The notes under the pieces: model-generated | The model's input: the letters and a program-made list of their open reading frames with translations, nothing else | Databases searched by the model: none | What the model was told of the DNA's origin: nothing | Part shown: piece after piece, positions 1-12,598 of the stretch | How the letters are laid out: each line of letters opens with the position of its first letter | How positions within the stretch are numbered: position 1 is the first letter of the stretch | Program-made: the position numbers and the translations under genes | Assembly: GCA_024137785.1 (NCBI GenBank) | Contig: JAHRHZ010000026.1 | Location: 10,346,857 to 10,410,856 of the forward strand | Reading direction: 5' to 3' | DNA length: 64,000 nucleotides | Source of the DNA: Ginglymostoma cirratum | Taxonomy: Eukaryota

Positions 1-69
1 AACAGGAGATGCTAATTTTTTAATGCTGGCTCAGTTGCTTGATTTCAATGTCATATGAATAAATAAAAG

Positions 70-318
70 ATCTTCTCTCCCACCTATACGCCCATCCCAC
101 CTCATTGACCAATCCCCACCACTCCCTACCTGCACTCACCTATCACCATCCCACCTACCTCCCCCCAGCCTCACCCCTCATCTCTCTATTTACTTCTCAG
201 TTCCCTTCCCTGTCCCCATTTCTGAAGAAGGGTCCTGACAGAAAACGTCAGTTTTCCTGCTCCTCTGATGCTGCCTGGCCTGCTGTGTTCCTCCAGCTCC
301 ACTGTTATCTCTGACTCT
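70..318 (+). mobile_element. PLE 3' end/pseudo-LTR fragment with degenerate hammerhead motif (222-249)
   Basis: C-rich tail then CTGAAGAAGGGTCCTGACAGAAAACGTC; same family as 2988-3453. Confidence 0.7.
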
Positions 319-701
319 AGTCCTAATGGTTTTATTCCACATGGATCATCTGAAGCTGGAGGCCATGGCAGCCATTTTAAGTTCACATCTCTTCTTTTAT
401 AAACCCAATTTAGTCCATGTAAGGCACCAGATGTAACAATTAGATCATGTAAGTTAAAATTTGATAATCCATATTTAATAAAATTGTAACAATAAAGAGA
501 ATGATTCCTCTTAGGTAAACAGGTCTGACAGCATCTGTGAAGAAAAAGAAAATTCAGAGTTAACATTTCAGGTCTGATGAACCTTCCTCAGAACTGATGG
601 TAGCTGGGAAAATGTTGGTTTGTATGCAGAAAATAGGGAGGGGGATGGGATAGAGAGTAAACGATAGGATAAAGGATAGACCCCAAAGAGAGAGAACAGC
701 A

Positions 702-805
702 GAGGTTACAAGGTGTAGAGGTGGATGAACACAGCAGGCCAAGCACCATCAGAAGAGCAGGAATGCTGACGTTTCGGGCTTAGACCCTTCTTCAGAAATG
801 GAAGG
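702..805 (-). mobile_element. short PLE-derived insertion with intact minimal hammerhead motif (768-795)
   Basis: minus strand CTGAAGAAGGGTCTAAGCCCGAAACGTC; flanked by agaacagcag/agaagagcag duplication. Confidence 0.75.
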
Positions 806-1824
806 ACAGAAGAGCAGTTGGACAGACAAAGGAGATGATAACGATCTGGTTGGAGGGTGAGTAGCTGTTAATGAGGACTGTTAGTGGCTAACAATAGGTA
901 TTGTGTAATGGCTGGCTCTGTGATAACAAGACCACGTGCGTGGGGTAGGGGGCTAGGATATGGGAGAGTTGAGGCCCTGAAATAATTGAACTTGATATAC
1001 AGTCTGGAGGGCTGCAGGGTCCCCAAGCGGAAAATGAGCTGTTATTCGTCCAGTTTGTGTTGAGCTTCACTGCAACATTGCAGCAAAAGCCAGAGACAGA
1101 GATGTTGGCCAGGGAAACAGGGTGGTGTATTAAAGTGGCAGGCAACTGGAAACTCAGGGTCTTCTTTGTGAGCAGAACCTAGATGTTCTGCGAAGCGGTC
1201 ACCCAGTCTGTGCATTGTTAACCCAATGTAGAGGGAGACCATAGATGTTCACCCTCCTAGCCAGATTGTTATCAACTCCTTTGTCTGTCTAACTGCTGTT
1301 CTCTCTCTCTCTGGGTTCTATCCATTACCCCATTGTTTACTCTCTACCCCATCCCCTCCCTATTTTCTGCATATAAGCCAACGTTTTCCCAGCTACCATC
1401 AGTTCTGAGGAAGGGTCACCAGACCTGTAATGTTAACTCTGAGTTGTTTCTTCACAGATGCTGTCAGACCTGCTGAGCTTTTCCAGCAACTTCTGTTTTT
1501 GTTCCTGATTTACAGCATCCGCAGTTCTTTCAGTTTTTATTTAGTATTTAACTCACTGCCACATTTCCTCCGGGCATGCCCACTTTGAAGACGTTCTGCT
1601 CCTCTCTCAGACAGGATTTCCATTCCAATCTTTCTTCTTTTCCACCGAAATTAATTTCACTGTCACTCCTGGTGTTTGACCAAGTATTTGCTAAAACTTG
1701 TTTCCACAGCCATATCACATTCCTCAGTGACTGCCTCTGGCTCAAACTCACACTGTGTGGGTTCCAACTGAAGTTTCATCCCTCATTTTTGAATCCTCCC
1801 AGGATCACGTAACTCTGTGACATT

Positions 1825-1995
1825 GGAAAAATCCATCTGATTCACCAATGTCTGTCAGGGATGGAAACAGCCATCCCCTGGTCTGCACTACATATGACTG
1901 TAGACCAACAGCAATGTGGTTGACTGTTACCTACTCTGGGCAATAAATGCTGGCCTAGCCAGCAATGCTGTCATTCTGTGAATGAATTTTAAAAA
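1825..1995 (+). mobile_element. SacSINE1-like DeuSINE 3' fragment inserted in PLE
   Basis: catctgattcaccaatgtc...catatgactgtagaccaacagcaatgtggttgact...gggcaataaatgctggcctagccagc. Confidence 0.7.
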
Positions 1996-2987
1996 TTCCA
2001 GAGTTTAATCCCATTGCCTTTCCAAACTAGACAATTCTCAAGGACAGCTGCTCTTGCCGCATCTTGAGATCCAAACTCAGTGCCAAGCGGCATTACACGC
2101 ACACTCTTCCTTTCTCTCTAACAGCGTTGCAACACACTGGCTCAGGGCCGTACCACTCTGCAGTTCCACTTTATCCACCAGCTCATTCAGTGCGCTAACA
2201 AGAAACTTCTTTTCATTTCAGGCATCAAGGCCCACAAGATGCAACAATTCAGGGATACCCATGGCCCTCTGGAACCTTCCTCTCCTCCCCTTCCCTCCAA
2301 CTCCATCCCCTCCCACAAGCCACCTCCTGTCAGGTATTCACCATCCCTCCCAACTTTCCGCTCTCCAATGCTGAATGTTCTGTCGTCAGCAAAGGCCTCA
2401 GCTTTATTCCTCTGTGTCCCCACCTTAACAAATTTTGGGCACAACATGACGTCGAACTCTTCTTCCACTGTCTTTGCCTCTGTGCCCATTTCTTTGGACA
2501 AGAGTCCTCTACCCGTCCCAAAGACTCCTTTGCCTAGTTCCAACACTCTCCCTCCACCTGGACCCCTCCCTCTGGCCTTTTATCTGCACTCGATCTGTTC
2601 ATGTAGAACTGTCGACGCGATATTGGTCACCTCAATTTCTCTGCTCCCCTCCACCACCAAATCCAACCTACCTCCCTCCCAACTGACTGCATTCCGTGCG
2701 CTTAGATCTAACCCCGACTTTATTATTAAGCCTGCCAATAAGGATGGTGCTGTTGTAGTCTGGCTAACTGACCTCTACATTGCAGAGGCTCAACACCAGC
2801 TCTCAGATACCTCCTCCTATCTTCCCCTGGTCTATGACCCCACCGTGACACATCAGACCATTGTATCAACTACAGCAACTGATCTCATTTCATCTGGTGA
2901 TCTCCCCCAGCTGCCTCTAAACTGACAGTCCCCCAGCCCAACAGCTTGCTTCTACCTCCTCCCCAAAATCGACAAACAGGACTGTAT

Positions 2988-3453
2988 CAGAGATAAAAGG
3001 TACTGCAGATGCTGGAGAATCCGAGATAACAAGGTGTGGGGCTGGATGAACACAGCAAGCCAAGCAGCATCATAGGAGAGGAAAGCTTGACATTTCGGGC
3101 CTAAACCCTTCATCAGAAATGGGGGAGGGGAAGAGGGTTCTGAAATAAATAGGGAGAGAGGGGGAGGCAGATAGAGGAGAGGATAGGTGGAGAGGAGGCA
3201 GACAAGTCGAAGAGGCGGGGATGGAGCCAGTAAAGGTGAGTGGAGGTGGGGGGGTAGGGAGGAGATAGGTCAGTCCAGGGAGGACGGACAGGTCAAGGGG
3301 GCGGGATGATGTTAGTAGATAGGAGATGGGGGTGGGGCTTGAGGTGGGAGGAGGGGATAGGTGAGAGAAAGGACAGGTTAGGGAGGCGGAGATGAGCTGG
3401 GCTGGTTTTGGGATGCGGTTGGGGGAGGGGAGATTTTGAAGCTTGTGAAATGC
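2988..3453 (-). mobile_element. younger PLE 3'-end fragment inserted antisense in the older PLE RT; hammerhead motif at 3089-3116
   Basis: shares its terminal ~130 bp with the 48128 and 48556 copies; G-rich tail; interrupts the host at KIDKQDC|RLIVSAC. Confidence 0.8.
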
Positions 3454-5496
3454 AGGCAGACTCATTGTTTCAGCCTGCTCCTGCCCCACAGAACTAATCT
3501 CTTCCTACCTTGACTCAGTCTTCTCTTCCCTAATCCACCTCCGGCCCACATACATCCGTGACTCCTCTCATGCTTTACGCCGGTTTCAAAGTTTCCAATT
3601 TGCAGGGTCCAGCCACCTCCCCTTTACCATGGATTTGGAATCCCTTTATACATCCAAGTATCACCAGGATGGTCTTAGGGCTCTCCACTTCTTCCTGGAG
3701 CAAAGACCTGAACTGACCCACCACCACCCTCCCAAACTTGGCCGAGCTCGTCCTCACCCTGAATAACTTCTCTTTAAAATCCTCTCCTTTTCTTCAGGTC
3801 AGAGGGGTGGCCATGGGTACCCACGGGTACCCACATGGGCCTCAGTTATGCCTGTCTCTTCATGGGGTACATGGAACATTCCTTGTTTCAATCCTATTCT
3901 AGCCCCGACCCTCAACTCTTTCTCCTATATATCAATGATACTGCTTCCCTCTCTCATCCGGAATTGGAAAAGTTCATTAATTTCGCTTCCAATGTCCACC
4001 CTGCCCTCACTTTCACCTGGGCTATCTCTGACTCCTCCCTCCCTTCCTCGACATCTGTTTCCATTTCTGGGGATAGACTGGCCACTACTATGCACTATAA
4101 ACCCACTGACTCCTACAGCTACCCAGACAATACATCCTCACACCCTGCTTCCTGTAAAGACTCCTTACCATTCTCTCCGTTCCTCCATCTCCAGCGCATG
4201 TGTTCAGATGAGGCCAAACTTCAACAAGGGAGCCAACAAAATGTCCACCTTCTTTCTCAATCGAGGATTGCCCAAAACCATTGTCAACAGGGCCCTCACC
4301 CGGGTCTGACGCATCTCCCGCACTTCCACCCTCACACCCTCTCTTCCTTCCAGCAACAGCAATAGAGATCCCCTTGTCCTTACCTACATCCCACCAGCAT
4401 CCACATCCAGAAGATCATCAGATGCCATTTCCACCACCTCCAGCAAGATGCCACTACCAGACACATATTCCCCTCCACTGGGAGTGTTCCCTCTGGGACA
4501 CCCTGGTCCACTCTTCCTTCATTCCCAACACAGCCCCATAGCACCTTCCCCTGCAACCATTGAAGGTGCAACATCTGTCCATTTACCTCCACTTCCCAGA
4601 ATCTAGTCTATTGCATTCGCTGCTCACAATGTGGTCTCCTCTGCAGTGGGGAAATGAAGTGTAGACCAGGTGATTGCTTCACAGAACATTCAAGTTCTGC
4701 TTGCAAAAAACAGCCTGGGCTTTCAGCTGCCTGCCACTTGAACACACCACCCTGTTCTCTGGCCAACATCTCCATCTCAGGCTTACTGCAGTGTTCCAGG
4801 GAGGCTCAATGCAAGCTGGAAGAACATCTCATTTTCTGCCTGGAGACCCTGCAGCCCTCCGGACTCAATAGAGTTCAATAAGTTTAGGGCCTCAATTCTC
4901 CCATGACCTAGCCCCCTAACCCACACAATAGGCCTTGTTATCATCTCGATAGTGTATAATGGCAGGTTATTGTTAGTCACTGACAGTCCCCATTAACAAC
5001 TATTCATGCTCCTAGCCAGATTGTTATCAACTCCTTTGTTCAACTGCTCTTCTCTCTCTCTCTCTTTGGGCTCTATCCTTTATCCTATTGTTTACTCCCT
5101 ATCCAATTCCCCTCCCTATTTTCTGCATATAAACAAACATTTTCCCCAGCTACCATCAGTTCTGAGGAAGGGGCACCAGATTCAAACGTTAACTCTATTT
5201 TTTCCTTCACAGATGCTGCTGAACTTTTCCAGATCTACAGCATCCGCAGTTCTTTCTGTTATGTCTATAAGTAAATCTAGTTTCCCTTAAGATAGTAAAG
5301 CAGGAGTGAAAGAGCTTAACAACATTCAAAACCGTTGTGTAATTCCTATTCCATGTTTTCTCTTAACTAGGAAGAATGAGCCAACAAGTGATCCACTGTT
5401 GCATAAATGATCATAAAATATATAACAACTCAAAGAAACCACCAGAGTGATCATTTGCCTGACTAACTGCTATTCAGGACAAAAGCAATTCACACC

Positions 5497-5680
5497 AGAG
5501 ATAACGAGGTGTAGAGCTGGATAAACACAGCAGGCCAAGCAGCATCAGAGGAGCAGGAAGGCAGGAAGGCCTAGACCCTTTAAACGTCAGCCTTCCTGCT
5601 CCTCAGATGCTGCTGTGTTCATCCAGCTCTACACCTTGTTATCTCAGATTCTCCAGCATGTGCAGTTCCTACTATCTCTG
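5497..5680. mobile_element. palindromic PLE pseudo-LTR fragment
   Basis: gataacgaggtgtagagctggataaacacagca ... gctgtgttcatccagctctacaccttgttatc inverted arms. Confidence 0.75.
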
Positions 5681-6515
5681 AAGCAGTTTATTTCAGTAAC
5701 AAAAAAAACTACTTATTGTAACACATTTGAATTTACCAGAACTAGTGAAAAGAAAGAAAAACAGAAATTGCTGGAAAATCTCGGCATGTCTAGCAGCATC
5801 TGTGGACAGAATCTCCACATCATAAATAAAGACAAAAACAAATAATTTAACACATACACTACGGATGGAAAAAAATAAAGACAAGGAAAACAAAATTACA
5901 AAGATGAAAAATCATTTTTCTCTTAGTCTTTTTGATTTTTGTAACAGTAATATGCTGATATCTGTAGCGTTACGGTCATTCTTTGATTCAATGGTTGATT
6001 TGGTGAACTTCAGTATTTTCTTCTATGATTATGAAATATTTAGTTCAGGCTTTCTCTCCAATGCAGAAATACAGGGGAGGGGGAGAAAGAAACAGAGTGG
6101 GGTTGGGGGGGGGGGGGGAGGTGGGGTTGTGAGAAAGAAACTGTGTCAGAGAGTTAGAGAATGATGCTTTCTATTTGCACGTACAAGATGTTTTTCGCTG
6201 GTCTTGCTGTTCTTGACATTTCCAGCTTTTAAATACTTTTTGACTCAACCAGAGCGCGATTGCCAGGCAGAATTTTTTTTAAATTGAAGAGTTATTTGTG
6301 CCACTAAGTCTCAAATTCTCTCTCTTACTTTTTCCAAGGAACATCATTGTATTATACAGCTTAATGTACGACAATAGTCCAACTTCCAATTTGTTTGAAT
6401 GTTCCAAAAAAGGTCTTTATACACATTTTAACTGTAGTGTAAGCAGTCTTTAATTCAGTTGCAATTTGTACCAGCTAACAAAAATATTTCCCTTTGCAGA
6501 ACTAACATTTTCCTG

Positions 6516-6605
6516 GATAACAAGGTGTGGGGCTGGATGAACACAGCAGGCCAAGCAGCATCATAGGAGCAGGAAAGCTTGACGTTTCGGGCCTAGACCC
6601 TTCAT
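6516..6605 (-). mobile_element. short PLE pseudo-LTR fragment
   Basis: gataacaaggtgtggggctggatgaacacagcagg...gacgtttcgggcctagacccttcat. Confidence 0.75.
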
Positions 6606-7669
6606 TTTCCTGCACTGGTTTACTAACGTTATCTAAATTATGTGAATCAGTCTATACTGTCATCTCTTTCATTAGGTTTACTGAAGTGAACAAAATAGAG
6701 CAATGCTGCTGGATCTGTAATCACTCAATTGTCCCTAAACTGCACCCTAAACTGATTTAAACTTCTCTGGTTAACAAAAAGTTAAAGATTACTAATATTA
6801 AAATATTTCGAGAATCAGCGATGTTAATGTAACATTAACAGACTTCAGGACAGCCTGATTAACCTCCTTTGTTATTATGTGTTGAGCACCACAGCTGCCT
6901 CCATACAATCAATCCAGGTCACACAACATTACAAATAATACCCAGAGAATGGATAGGTTATCAAAAGCAGAAAGCTCTCTTGCTGAATGCACACATCAAT
7001 CACATGGAATTCTCCAAATGCACAAATGTACACAGTTTACAGTGGTATGGAATCACTGAAATACATACAAAACCTCCCATGGGAAATGAATATAGAGGCA
7101 AAACAGCAATCCATCAGTACCTGGTAGCACCAATTTGGTACCAGCTCTGTACTAATGACCATAATCACGGCATTTGAAGTAATAAATCCACAGCAATGGC
7201 AGCAGAAGACACTCTTTGCACAAGAAGAAATCCTGGATAAATTATGTAGGATCTAGCATATTCGCATATGCCTCAAAGCCAACAATGTGGCACCAGAACA
7301 CAAAACGAGCACACAACCAATAAATGTGTAATATACCAGGAAAGACACTGAATTTCTCATAGGCCAAAACAATACACAAGTCAGCATGGACACAAACCCA
7401 GAACACCTCACGTACCAAAACTGAAAGCAAACTGAAACATTTTTTCTTTGACATTTTTCAACTCAACAACTGCTTTTACATAGCACCTTTGTCATACAGA
7501 AAATATTTTTAAAAGAGTCCAAGTACACACTATTAGCTTTATTTCAGTTGGCCACACACCATAAAACACATCCTACTGATGGGTTTCTCCCCACATTTGT
7601 ACAACCAATTCACACACAATTAATCACCCGTTCCTTCTTTCCATTAGATCTTGGTCACTCCTACGGACC

Positions 7670-7845
7670 ACAGGAACTGCCGATGCTGGAGAATCTGAGA
7701 TAACACGGTGTAGGGCTGGATGAACACAGCAGACCAAGCAGCATCAGAGGACCTTTCTGAAGAAGGGTCTCCACCCAAAACTTCAGCTTTCCTGCTCCTC
7801 TGATGCTGGTGAGCCTGCTGCGTTCATCCAGCTCTACACTGTGTA
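7670..7845. mobile_element. palindromic PLE pseudo-LTR fragment
   Basis: inverted copies of the same ~100 bp unit with a degenerate hammerhead in the right arm. Confidence 0.7.
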
Positions 7846-9029
7846 AGAGACGTAAGAGATTCCATTTTCCATTCAAAATAGGGGTTCAACAACTGTAGAA
7901 TAACTTACATAACTTTGATAGTCCTAATTCAACTACATTCGTAGAGACAAGCTGTTTATTCAGTTACATGAACCAGCAGCTTCCGTGAAAATGATAGAAT
8001 ACAAGGCAACTGTATGTTCAGATACGAAAAGTAATTTAATAAAATGTCACAGAATCTTTAGATTTATTAGACCAGTAATCTAAATGTCATTTGTTAAAAA
8101 CCAGGAAAAAAAGTTTCTTGAAATGATGGATTATCAGTGCAAAAATAGAAAATCTATAATTCTCAAGCTATGATCCGAACTACATGAATAACATCATGTT
8201 AAGGTTGACAAAGAGGTTTTTGTTCATTCAAAAAAGCTAAACTCTGACTTTAAATCATAATCTCATAATTACTCTGGCTTTATTCTGACCCTCTACAATG
8301 TTTGCCAACCTAACAACATACTAGAGTAGCTGGAAAGAAAACAATGTATTTATTTAAAACAGCGCAACAGGTTTATCTTTTTATAATACAGCTTCAAGTA
8401 ATTCCTGACATTTAAGCAAGTCTACTGCTGTAGTATGCTTTTTTCCAATGCTATGATGCATAAAACAACAACTTATTTGTATCAGCCTGCAACATAATAT
8501 TGGATTGCAAAACTTAAATATAAAACTCTGTATGTATGTTTGCACTGAAAATAACAGATACACTAAACCTAATCATCCAATCGAAAGGTAATTAAAACAT
8601 CTGCAGAGTAGTTTGTGTTCCCTCTTGAATTTTGTTGGGCGAGAAGGGATCACACTCAGCAATTGAATGACTATGCAGGCGATGCCCAAAGCATTAGTCT
8701 CAAAGACATATTGTAAAGAGACATAATGCACGGATCAACAAACGTTTTGGACACCCAATCACGCACTTTCTTTCTGAACATCCAAATCAACAGCAAATAT
8801 GTCCATTGCAGTTTTGATTCTGGCTGACTGTCTTTTGTCTCCAGTATATCCAAAGACTGAAATTGAACCATTGGGGTATGATGCTGGGGCTGGATTAATT
8901 CCTAACACACTTCATGCAGGGAGGGACCTGCTTCACACCTTCAAAACGACCACCACCAGCACCAGAGAAGGCCTGGCTGAAGCATGGGTTCGCAGTCTGC
9001 AATTTGAAGAATGAAAGGAAATGAGGGGG

Positions 9030-9370
9030 TTGCACTCACGACGACAGAGCGTTTCCTAAGGTCTTGCAGACGGGAAAGGTCCATGATGTTGCTGGCGCGC
9101 GTGCGGCTTTCCATGACTTCGAGGCCAGCCCCGGCCCTGTCCTTCGCGGTGAACCATTCAACCCACCCAACCACCGACGAACACTCCACACCCGCTGTGT
9201 CGTCACACAGCCCTCCCCTGTGACGACAATCAGCACGCCCCAAACTCACCGAGGCTGCGCAATGCAGCATGTCCCATTGCGCCTGCGCTCTTTGAGGCCA
9301 AGGGCGGGAAATGTGAAATCACCGAAAAAACGGTGTATGATGGCTGGCGGGTTTGGTCAGGCTTATCGAT
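9030..9370 (-). promoter_or_regulatory. CpG-rich promoter region of a probable second minus-strand gene
   Basis: The only CpG-dense patch in the window; NRF1-like TGCGCCTGCGC (~9278-9288), GGGCGGGAA GC/E2F-like box (~9302), paired half-CRE TGACG sites, adjacent strong donor. Confidence 0.65.
9250..9270 (-). other. candidate first exon (ATG CTG CAT TGC GCA GCC TCG|gtgagt) of an unidentified downstream gene; may be UTR
   Basis: consensus G|GTGAGT donor inside the CpG patch; coding status unproven. Confidence 0.45.
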
Positions 9371-11694
9371 TTGAGCAGTAACACTTTACTTATTAATAAA
9401 AGTTAGTCCTTCCTCCATCGCTCCTAATTAACGAGTCCGATGGACTGCCTCTGCCTTGATCCAGCACCTTCTTGAAGCAACTGTTCAACAACCAGACTGA
9501 GGAGCAAGTCAATCAATCAATCTCCTGACTATCCGAACTGGTCCAGTGTTTAAAGGGGCTCTAACCTGTCCACACGCTGAAAGCAAAATCTTAGTTATAG
9601 AGGGGGAAAAGTGGAAGGATTATCCATGAAAGAATAGGACCTTGGGAATAACTTGAGAGGTTCCTTGAAAGAGTTGATGCCATATCAATGGACCAAACAG
9701 GTTCCTTTTGCGCCGACTGGACAAATCTATGACCTATACAAACATATTTATAGAAGATAACTGCATTTATTATTATTTTAAACTCATATACCAGCAAGTA
9801 AGCTTGACAGCTAAAGGGGCAATGTGCCTTCAACTAAGTGATTTAATTTCAGCATATCCTCAGCAAGGCCAGCACATACGACCATAATTTTCAGTTTTGA
9901 AGATCCAGGATTTTGACAATATTTGTCTTAGTCAATATGATGTAGGACCTGGTGATAATGGCATTACCATGGACTTGCTGCCATTGTCCTGCTGTGTGGT
10001 GGAAGCAGACTTTTGGGAAGGGGCTGCCAAAGGAGCCATAATGAATTGCTACAGTTCATCCTGTAGGTAGCACACACTGTAAACCAGACTATGAAAAACT
10101 ACAGCCAGATTTCTAAATAACAATGGAAATATTCATATTTTCAATTAAAGTTTAAGAAACGTAAGTGGAAGCCAACACCCTGTTACCAACGGAATAAGCC
10201 AGGGTACCATTGGCAGAATTGAGTGATAGTTACACTAGGTAAAAGGAGTGGTAGAGGTTGGGTAGTTGTGATGAACATGCTGAATATGCAACACCCACAA
10301 AGCATGAGTCTGAAAATGGTTGTTTTTCTTTCCTAAGTGCATTTTATAATATTAGCACATTCCAAAGTGCTTTTGTAGAGTAATTGTAATGTAGGAACTT
10401 GGAACTTTACAAACAGTATGTTTGGCCAGCACTTCATCCACTAGATTCTGACACATATTGGGGGGGGGGCGCGAGTTGTGCTTTAAGGGTTGGGCAGATC
10501 AAGTTTTTCTTTTATGTGGTCTCCATTGTATCATCTTCACCTCTGCATTCTCCTGACAAAATCTTTTGATTCCTTCCCAAATTAACCAACTCTGTTTTGG
10601 TTAATTGCAACCCATGAGTCAATATGGATGTTTGATATTACCTGGGATGTCCCTACATCTGAAAGAGTTACAAACATGAGCTTAACAGTTTTGTTATGTT
10701 TTGTGACTGGGTTTTTAAGGTGGAATGAAGAAGATCATGTCACCTGTTCTAATGTGTACTTAAGAAAAAGCCTGGCTAGTTTAATTATTTGAGATTATTC
10801 TACAATGAAAAAGATGCAAGATGTTTACTTTTACAGATACAGGCAGCAGCCTGTGGGCTAACAGCATTGAGGTGGAAAGTGTCCAAGATTCCAGAACAGT
10901 GTTGAAAATATTGGACTGCAAACAGTCGTGCTTTAAACTATCCTTTTAGTTCCAAGATGGAAGACAGTTGGGCTCTCAAGGAAAGCTAATTAGCAATTTT
11001 ACCAGGATGCAAGGTGTGCATGATTCACATACCATGGAAACTGACCTTGAGGAGGGAAGGACTTCTAAGATATCCCTGAAAACTCAGGCACAGATCTAGG
11101 TGAGGAAGAGATAGAGAAAATTAGAAGTTTCAATAGTTCTGTGGCAGAATATAGGTGGAAGATCATGCTTGCTTTGAAAAGAGCTTCTGGCCAGGAGGAT
11201 TGTGTTCAAGTCCCAACCACTCCAGAGGTTAATTAGAATAGGGCTAACATATAGCTGTGAAGTGGGTTTTTCTCAATTGGGTTAAAAATAAGTTATATTC
11301 CACGCTAGAGTTTAAAGTACAAGTTTTAAGAATCCTTTGCTGCAGAGAGCTGTCCAGGCTGGATTGTATATTCAAGGCTGAGATAAACAGAATTTTAAAC
11401 CATGAGGACATCAAAGGTTATAGGGAGAATGCAGGAAAGTGGGGTTGGGGATTATCAGATTATTTTACAAAAGATAGTGTTTACTTGAGTGAATGTGTGG
11501 TGTTACAGGAAAAGTCTTAAAACCCTCTCTCTCTTTTTGTTCACTTTGACCTGCAAATTACAAGCGAACAAACTGTTGACTAAGATGCTTAAAGGAGTTA
11601 ATTTTAATACTCATGTTTACAGATTTGAAATGGGCACCAACTTGACTAATTACAGGCAAATTAAAAGCAAAAATATTACAAATACTGAAATTTT

Positions 11695-11870
11695 TAAGAA
11701 GTGCTGGAGAAATTCAGCAGGCTGGCAGAGAGAAACACAGTTAACGTTTCAAGTCTAATTCATTTCATTCTGAAGAAGTGTCATATTTGACTTCAAATGC
11801 TAACTTGGCTTCTCTGCCCAGATGCTACTAGATCTGCTGAGTTTCTCCAGCACTTTGTTTTTATTACAGA
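11695..11870. mobile_element. old palindromic PLE-derived element
   Basis: gtgctggagaaattcagcagg...gttaacgtttc / ctgaagaag...gctaact...ctgctgagtttctccagcac inverted arms. Confidence 0.6.
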
Positions 11871-12283
11871 AAATTAAATTGATTACAGATTTAACAGACT
11901 GAGAAAATGAAAAAAAGTTTTTTTTTACTTCAGCAACAAATGCTTCACTAATAGATTGTGTCAGAATTCTCAATTAGATATTAATTTTGATTGTACAATC
12001 ATCCCAAGCAGCCAGCTGCTGTGGACAATTTCTTTTAAATGTTCAAAATAATCAATCAGGCTCTCTTCTTGAAATCTCATTAGTCTCTCACGCCTGCAAT
12101 AAAGATCTTATATATTTAACATTTTATACCACTTTTCACAAAATGCCTAGTTTAATGTTGACCACACCATTCAAAAAATACAAACGATTTTTAAATTTTA
12201 AAAATATAAATCTATTCTTTAAGCTATGATTTGAATCCACCTTTCTTTCATTTTCTCCAGTAATTTTCCACTGAAGTTCATTG

Positions 12284-12598
12284 TAGAATCATAGAATCTC
12301 AACAGTGTGGAAGCAGGCGATTCAGCTTATCGAGTCACACCGACTCCCCAAACGGTGTCCCACACAGACACTCCCCTTCCCAACCTATCCCTGTAACTCT
12401 GCATTTCCCATGGCTAATCCATCTAGCCTGCACATCCCTGGACACTACAGACAACTTCGCTTGGCCAATCCGCCTAACCTGCATATGTTTGGACTGAGGG
12501 AGAAAACCCATGCAAACACAGGAAGAACATGCAAAACCCAAACAGACAGTCAGTCATGGCTGGGATCGAACCGCAGTGCTAACCACTGTGCCACCCAG
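12284..12598 (-). mobile_element. HE1-like V-SINE
   Basis: reverse complement of the tRNA-derived head gtggcacagtggttagcactg, V-domain and CR1-type tail (tagaatcatagaatc on +). Confidence 0.8.

Larger units (their letters stand above)
520..5260 (+). mobile_element. near full-length decayed Penelope-like retroelement with inverted 5' pseudo-LTR
   Basis: ORF remnants MPTLK.. (1576), IIKPANKDGAVVV, GVAMGT..MGLSYACLFMG, YINDT, HYKPTDS, GIY-YIG end (HLNTPPC..EEHLIFCLETLQPSGLN); inverted copy of the 3' end at 520-1240, direct copy at ~1255-1545; frameshifted. Confidence 0.9.

Noticed and set aside
186-566. 126-aa minus-strand ORF as an exon of the downstream gene
   Set aside because: Starts and ends inside PLE fragments, with no recognisable motif or convincing splice pair.
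2239-4365. Long ORFs (228 aa, 176 aa, 153 aa) as host genes
   Set aside because: They are frameshifted pieces of the Penelope-like RT.
2988-7845. Recurring ~100-bp units as a CRISPR-like array
   Set aside because: Eukaryotic context, irregular spacing and mixed orientation; these are dispersed PLE ends.
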